Assembly: GCA_035604455.1 (NCBI GenBank) | Contig: DATNIM010000042.1 | Location: forward strand, 33,444 to 97,443 | Source of the DNA: Gemmatimonadales bacterium | GTDB lineage: Bacteria; Gemmatimonadota; Gemmatimonadetes; Gemmatimonadales; GWC2-71-9 | DNA length: 64,000 nt | Direction of reading: 5' to 3' | Shown here: positions 59,904 to 64,000 of the stretch, in pieces | Layout: every line of letters begins with the position of its first letter | How positions within the stretch are numbered: the stretch's first letter is position 1 | Notes under the pieces: model-generated | What the model saw: the letters and a program-made list of their open reading frames with translations, nothing else | What the model was told of the DNA's origin: nothing | The model's database searches: none | Made by a program: the position numbers and the translations under genes

Positions 59904-60845
59904 TTACCGACTCTGGGCCAATCCTGCCAGGGCGACGTCGGCCGGCGCCTCGGGGACGCCCTGTTTCAAGAATGAGAGCAGGAGGTCGTTGACCCGACCC
60001 CAGGCCTCTTCCTGGGCCGCGTGGCCCGCGGTCGGGATGACGACAAACGCGCATCGAGGGAGTTCAGACGCGAGGCGCGCGCCGAAGGCCGGCGGGATCC
60101 AGCGGTCGCGCCCGCCCCAAACGACGAGCGTCGAGGTCTGGACGCCCGCGAGCTGGCCCCGGAGGGCGTCGAACCGGAAGTGCTCGAGCACCTGGGAGAC
60201 GGCGTGACCAAACCCGGGCTCGAGCACGGGGGCGTAGTACTGGTCGATATCCCCGGGTTCGATGAGCGCGGGATCGGCGTAGGTGGACCGGAGTGCGAGA
60301 GCCACAGCCCAACGGGGCGTGAGCGCCAGCGCCACGCGCTCGATCGGCACCCAGCTCGCGAAGCGAAGCAGGAGGGGTACGCGAATCCCCATCCCCGCGG
60401 CGTCGATGAGCACCAGCCCTCGGACCCGCCCGGGGCTCGAGCGGGCGACGTCGGCTGCGATCTCGCCCCCCATCGAATGCCCGACGAGCACGGCGTCGGG
60501 GAGCCCGAGCGCGTCCATCACGCCAAGGACGAAGCGCCTGTAGGCCTCGTTCGAATAGCCCGAGTCGGGCTTTTCCGAAAACCCGAACCCCGGGAGGTCG
60601 AAGGCCACGACGCGGTACCCTGCGTCGACTACGGGCTCGAGATTCTTGCGCCAGGCGTACATCGATTCCCCGATCCCGTGTACGAACACGACGGGCGTCC
60701 CCGTTCCCGCGTCGATCAAGCGGATCCGCGTCCCGAGCACGAGAACGGACCGCGTGGTGAATCGCGTCCCTGCGGGGTAGCGGGCGGCGGGCGGGATCGC
60801 GCCGGGTACGCACGCCGCGATGAGGACGAGCCACGACCACCTCAT
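59904..60845 (-). CDS. Alpha/beta hydrolase, probably exported (lipoprotein-like LIAAC)
   Basis: VVFVHGIGES...LVGHSMGGEIA (nucleophile elbow)...AGHAAQEE. Its ATG overlaps the TrmB stop (ATGA). Confidence 0.85.
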   Translation of the reverse strand: MRWSWLVLIAACVPGAIPPAARYPAGTRFTTRSVLVLGTRIRLIDAGTGTPVVFVHGIGESMYAWRKNLEPVVDAGYRVVAFDLPGFGFSEKPDSGYSNEAYRRFVLGVMDALGLPDAVLVGHSMGGEIAADVARSSPGRVRGLVLIDAAGMGIRVPLLLRFASWVPIERVALALTPRWAVALALRSTYADPALIEPGDIDQYYAPVLEPGFGHAVSQVLEHFRFDALRGQLAGVQTSTLVVWGGRDRWIPPAFGARLASELPRCAFVVIPTAGHAAQEEAWGRVNDLLLSFLKQGVPEAPADVALAGLAQSR

Positions 60846-61492
60846 GAGCGCTCGATCACGGTGCGGGCGAGCGACACGAGGGCCGGATGCGAGCTCCAGA
60901 TCCCCTGGGCTGATCCCATCTCGGCGGTAATCGCCTGGCGGTCATCCACGAGCAACACCGCCCGCTCGCCGGGTGCGGAACTGGCGAACCCCAGGCTTCG
61001 AGCTTCCTCTGGGACCGCGCCAGCCACGGACACCCCGATCGTCGCACGCTCCGCGGCCCGTCGCCATGCCGGCAGCGTCTGGCGGAGCAGCTCGGGCGGG
61101 AGGATGCCCTGGACGCTGTGCTCCGCTCGGGCCACGACGTTGACCACGAGCGTGGCCAGCGCGCGCACCCCGGTGACAGCGCGCGTCTCGGGCTCTCCTC
61201 GGCGGCCCAAGCGCCCGAGCGCCTCGCCCAGGCGCTCGAGCGCCTCGCCCTGAGTCGCGGCGAGCCGGGCCATGAGGGCGTCGGGGTCCGTGGCACGGTA
61301 GCGGGCGGGGCGCCCAGAGGTGCGAGTCGCGGCGCCCTTCGTGACCAAGCCGTCCAGGGCACCGTATGCGTTGGCTCGGGCCAAGCGGGTGGCGCGGCCA
61401 ACCGCGTACCCCGAGCTCGGGCCCAGCTCGAGCAGGGCGGTGTAGACGCGCGACTCTGTGGTGGTGAATCCGAATGAGGTGAGGTCAACCAT
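60842..61492 (-). CDS. TrmB-family (winged HTH) transcriptional regulator
   Basis: The N-terminus LTSFGFTTTESRVYTALLELGPSSGYAVGRATRLARANAYGALDGLVTKG matches the TrmB HTH pattern. 216 aa. Confidence 0.75.
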   Translation of the reverse strand: MVDLTSFGFTTTESRVYTALLELGPSSGYAVGRATRLARANAYGALDGLVTKGAATRTSGRPARYRATDPDALMARLAATQGEALERLGEALGRLGRRGEPETRAVTGVRALATLVVNVVARAEHSVQGILPPELLRQTLPAWRRAAERATIGVSVAGAVPEEARSLGFASSAPGERAVLLVDDRQAITAEMGSAQGIWSSHPALVSLARTVIERS

Positions 61493-61494
61493 AC

Positions 61495-61514
61495 GTAGTA
61501 GTGTAAGCTACTAC
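61495..61514. promoter_or_regulatory. Inverted repeat GTAGTAG-TGTAAG-CTACTAC, 2 nt upstream of the TrmB ATG
   Basis: Read directly. The 7-bp arms are identical to those at 1889-1908. It lies in the 28-nt gap between the hypothetical gene stop (61521) and the TrmB start (61492). Confidence 0.5.
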
Positions 61515-61520
61515 GGTCCG

Positions 61521-62621
61521 CTAGTCTATGTCGATCGGCAATCCAATCAACTGCGCGATCAACGCAAGACGGAACGTGACGTCCGTCTGCCGTTGGGCCG
61601 GGCTCTTGCCAGGCCCTTCCAACGGGAAGTAGTGCCCGGTCAGAGGCGTTTCCGCCTTGGGCATGGTCCGCAGGCTCTTCGGGTTCCAGATACCCCGGTC
61701 ATCGCACTGGCTGAGCAGCCGCGCCAGCACCCGGCTCGCCGAGGGAATCTGGCGCACCAAGCCGAGACGCGCGCAGAGCTCGAGCCAGTACAGGGCGAAG
61801 GGAACGTCGGTGACCCGGCCCTGGGCGTCTGAGCGCAGCGGATCGCCCAGGAGCTCGACGGTCGGTTTCAGGAACTTCGTGCCGGCGAGCACGAAGAAGG
61901 CCCGGCGGGGCGCGGGGGTCGAGAAATACTGCGCGAGCCGCTCCAGAAACCCCGCGCGCTCGCGCTGGAGCGAGGGCATGAAGGCGAGCATCTCGATCGC
62001 GTAGGTCGTGGGCGGCAACGCGGCGGGCTCGAGGACCGTCTTGCCTTGGGCCTTCCGGAACGGCTTGGCGACGGTCTCGCTGCGCAGGTAGAGGGACATA
62101 TCGCTCGCGATTTTGTGCGCGGCCCCGCGGAGCCGAGGGTCCTCGCTGTGCGCGCCCGAGCGGGCGAGGGCGGCGCTCGCGCCCTGACGGGCGATCCCCC
62201 GGGCCCAGACGCCGAGGGCGGGATCGGTCTGCGCGGGGCGCTGGAACTCGGCCAGGAGCACGGGGTCCTCGTCGCGCGAGAGCAAGCGGAAGAAGAACCG
62301 GTCCGCGAGGCGGAACGGCCGCTGGTCGGGCGGCCACCCGAGCTCGAGCAGCCGGCGGTACTGCACGATCGACCCGGCGTCGCTCGTCCCGTGGGGCTCG
62401 AGCGTGAGGAGTGCCCCGCCCCAGAGGCCTGAGTCGCGCTGTTTACGGGCGATCGCCTGTGCCGGCTTGTAGTCGAGCACGGCTGCGCGCAGGGACTCGA
62501 GCTGGGCCGTGTCACGGGCGCCGGGCGGGACGATCTCGGCGTATGCCCGATACTGAATCGGGATGCTCGCGGCTTCGAGCAGCCAGGAGAGAGGCAACCG
62601 ATGCGAGGCCGGCAGTTCCAC
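61521..62621 (-). CDS. Hypothetical protein (366 aa) with two QW-like motifs; possible alpha/alpha-toroid fold
   Basis: GC3-rich ORF with KQRDSGLWGG and SQCDDRGIWNP (Q-x3/4-G-x-W), reminiscent of prenyltransferase/terpene-cyclase repeats. No confident family call. Confidence 0.6.
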   Translation of the reverse strand: MELPASHRLPLSWLLEAASIPIQYRAYAEIVPPGARDTAQLESLRAAVLDYKPAQAIARKQRDSGLWGGALLTLEPHGTSDAGSIVQYRRLLELGWPPDQRPFRLADRFFFRLLSRDEDPVLLAEFQRPAQTDPALGVWARGIARQGASAALARSGAHSEDPRLRGAAHKIASDMSLYLRSETVAKPFRKAQGKTVLEPAALPPTTYAIEMLAFMPSLQRERAGFLERLAQYFSTPAPRRAFFVLAGTKFLKPTVELLGDPLRSDAQGRVTDVPFALYWLELCARLGLVRQIPSASRVLARLLSQCDDRGIWNPKSLRTMPKAETPLTGHYFPLEGPGKSPAQRQTDVTFRLALIAQLIGLPIDID

Positions 62622-62784
62622 GGGTCACTCCCCTCGCGAGACTCGGGTGGCGCGGCCGTCGCAAAAAACGGGCGCAAACGTATGCGCGCCGCGCGCATTC
62701 GGCAACGGTGTCGGTTAGGCCTGCTGTGAAGGCGACGTGAAGGCTCCGGGACTTCGAAGGCCCCGGTCGATCACGCTCGCGGCG

Positions 62785-63993
62785 TCAGTCTCCGGGCGCC
62801 CCCAGCACGCGGACGATCGCCGAAGCCGTAAAGGGCTTCAGCGCGTCCCGAGCGTAGACGCTGCGCGGGTTCCAGAGTACCCAGGAATTGATTCCGAGAT
62901 CCTCCGTCGCGCGGATCTCCTGACGCACCTCGAACGGGGTGTAGCGCGGCAGGCGCCGCCCGAGTGTGAAGGCTTGGAGGTAAGGGCGCACTTCCGCGGC
63001 GTCCACCGCGTGCGAGCGGCTCAAGGCCTCTGTGAGCGCCCGGTGGACCACGCGGTACGGCTCGCCGTTCGGTCGCGCAAACCCGTAGGAGCCCGCCCGA
63101 TAATGGCTGGGATAGACCATTGGGAGCACGACATCGGCGACCGCGCTGAAGTCCTCCCAGACCTGACCGATCCCCATATCGTCGGTCGCCGAGGCCGTGA
63201 GGCCGAAAATGTCGAACGTCACCGGGACCCCGAGGGCGCCGAGCTGGGCCTTCAGGGACTGAATATGCCGGCGCACCGCCAGGCGCGCCGTGTCGCCGGG
63301 TCGGCGCGCCGAGAACACCGCCGTCGCGAGCCGCTCGCGCGGCTCGTCCGGAAATCTCACGTAGTCGAACTGCACCTCCGCGAACCCCAGGCGAACGGCC
63401 TCTTCGGCGATGCGCCCGGCGTACGTCCACACCGAGTCGTTATAGGCATCCACCCAGGCCGAGCCGATCCGGTCGCGCCACAGCGTACCGTCGGCTAGGT
63501 GCACGGACCACAGCGGCTTGTGCTCGGCGAGGCGCGGATCTTTCGCCACGACGATGCGCGCGATCGGGTAAATCCCATGCGCGAGCAGCGTGTCGAGCCG
63601 TGACCGCACGTCCTTCGTGCGCACGCACTGGTTCGCGCCGATCTCCTGGGCGGTCTGCACGGCGGAGGGATAGAGGAGGCAGCCCGTGTCGTCCTTCACG
63701 TCGATCACGAACGCGTTGATCTCGGTCTCGTCCGCGAGATGGACGAGGTCCCACAGGCGCGCCGAGGCGAACACCCAGGCGTTCACGTAGAGCGCCTTGA
63801 CCGCGCTCGGCGTCGGCAGGAGCCGCGACCACGTCGGCTGGACGTAGTGCACGTCGACCGGGCGAAGCGCGACCGATGCCTGGTCCACGGGCATCGGCGG
63901 CGCGTAGGCAAAACCACCCTGCGCAAAAAGGCCGCGACTCGTACAGAGCGCGGCCCACAGCAAGAGGGCACTTGCTTGGCGGACCACCGACAT
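62785..63993 (-). CDS. Putative exported glycoside hydrolase (DUF4015-like TIM barrel)
   Basis: Signal peptide MSVVRQASALLLWAALCTS. INAFVIDVKDDTG...ARIVVAKD...WVDAYN...GFAEVQFDYVRFPDE pattern, recalled from DUF4015 / GHL-type proteins. Confidence 0.7.
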   Translation of the reverse strand: MSVVRQASALLLWAALCTSRGLFAQGGFAYAPPMPVDQASVALRPVDVHYVQPTWSRLLPTPSAVKALYVNAWVFASARLWDLVHLADETEINAFVIDVKDDTGCLLYPSAVQTAQEIGANQCVRTKDVRSRLDTLLAHGIYPIARIVVAKDPRLAEHKPLWSVHLADGTLWRDRIGSAWVDAYNDSVWTYAGRIAEEAVRLGFAEVQFDYVRFPDEPRERLATAVFSARRPGDTARLAVRRHIQSLKAQLGALGVPVTFDIFGLTASATDDMGIGQVWEDFSAVADVVLPMVYPSHYRAGSYGFARPNGEPYRVVHRALTEALSRSHAVDAAEVRPYLQAFTLGRRLPRYTPFEVRQEIRATEDLGINSWVLWNPRSVYARDALKPFTASAIVRVLGAPGD

Positions 63994-64000
63994 AGGGGGG

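Overview
Very GC-rich bacterial chromosomal window; third codon positions are almost all G/C, so nearly every real gene casts a long antisense or out-of-frame shadow ORF. The protein set suggests a Gemmatimonadota-like Gram-negative lineage, but that is inference only. I support about 60 protein genes, almost all housekeeping. They include a truncated chemoreceptor, pyrE, two Ser/Thr kinases, a lytic transglycosylase, cspA, polA, a type IV pilin, an MMPL transporter, rnd, and thiC behind a textbook TPP riboswitch. Also present are def, a complete sufR-sufBCDSU Fe-S operon, an ABC-2 exporter, mnmG, queG, glpD, fadAB, proline dehydrogenase, rsgA, a MEDS histidine kinase, a fused E1 alpha/beta 2-oxoacid dehydrogenase, lon and a DUF4015-type glycoside hydrolase. 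I found no rRNA, tRNA, CRISPR array, transposase/integrase or recognisable defence genes, so this does not look like an accessory island. Four things seem worth a second look. (1) A translationally coupled four-gene operon at 36.9-40.8 kb: LOG/TIGR00730, a deoxyhypusine-synthase homologue retaining the catalytic EAVSWGK lysine, an ATP-grasp ligase, and a zincin (HELGH) protein with four tandem zinc ribbons. This is my best candidate for an uncharacterised polyamine-transfer or hypusine-like modification system. (2) A chromosome-organisation block: two perfect parS palindromes, then a tightly coupled parA-parB-M23 peptidase-bactofilin operon, then a ~150 bp AT-rich spacer with three DnaA boxes. 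(3) A 20-bp GTAGTAG-N6-CTACTAC palindrome present twice, directly before pyrE and before a TrmB-family regulator. (4) A minus-strand operon with two regulators, a hydrolase and an unknown protein carrying QW-like motifs. All calls come from reading the sequence and ORF translations by eye; no searches were run.
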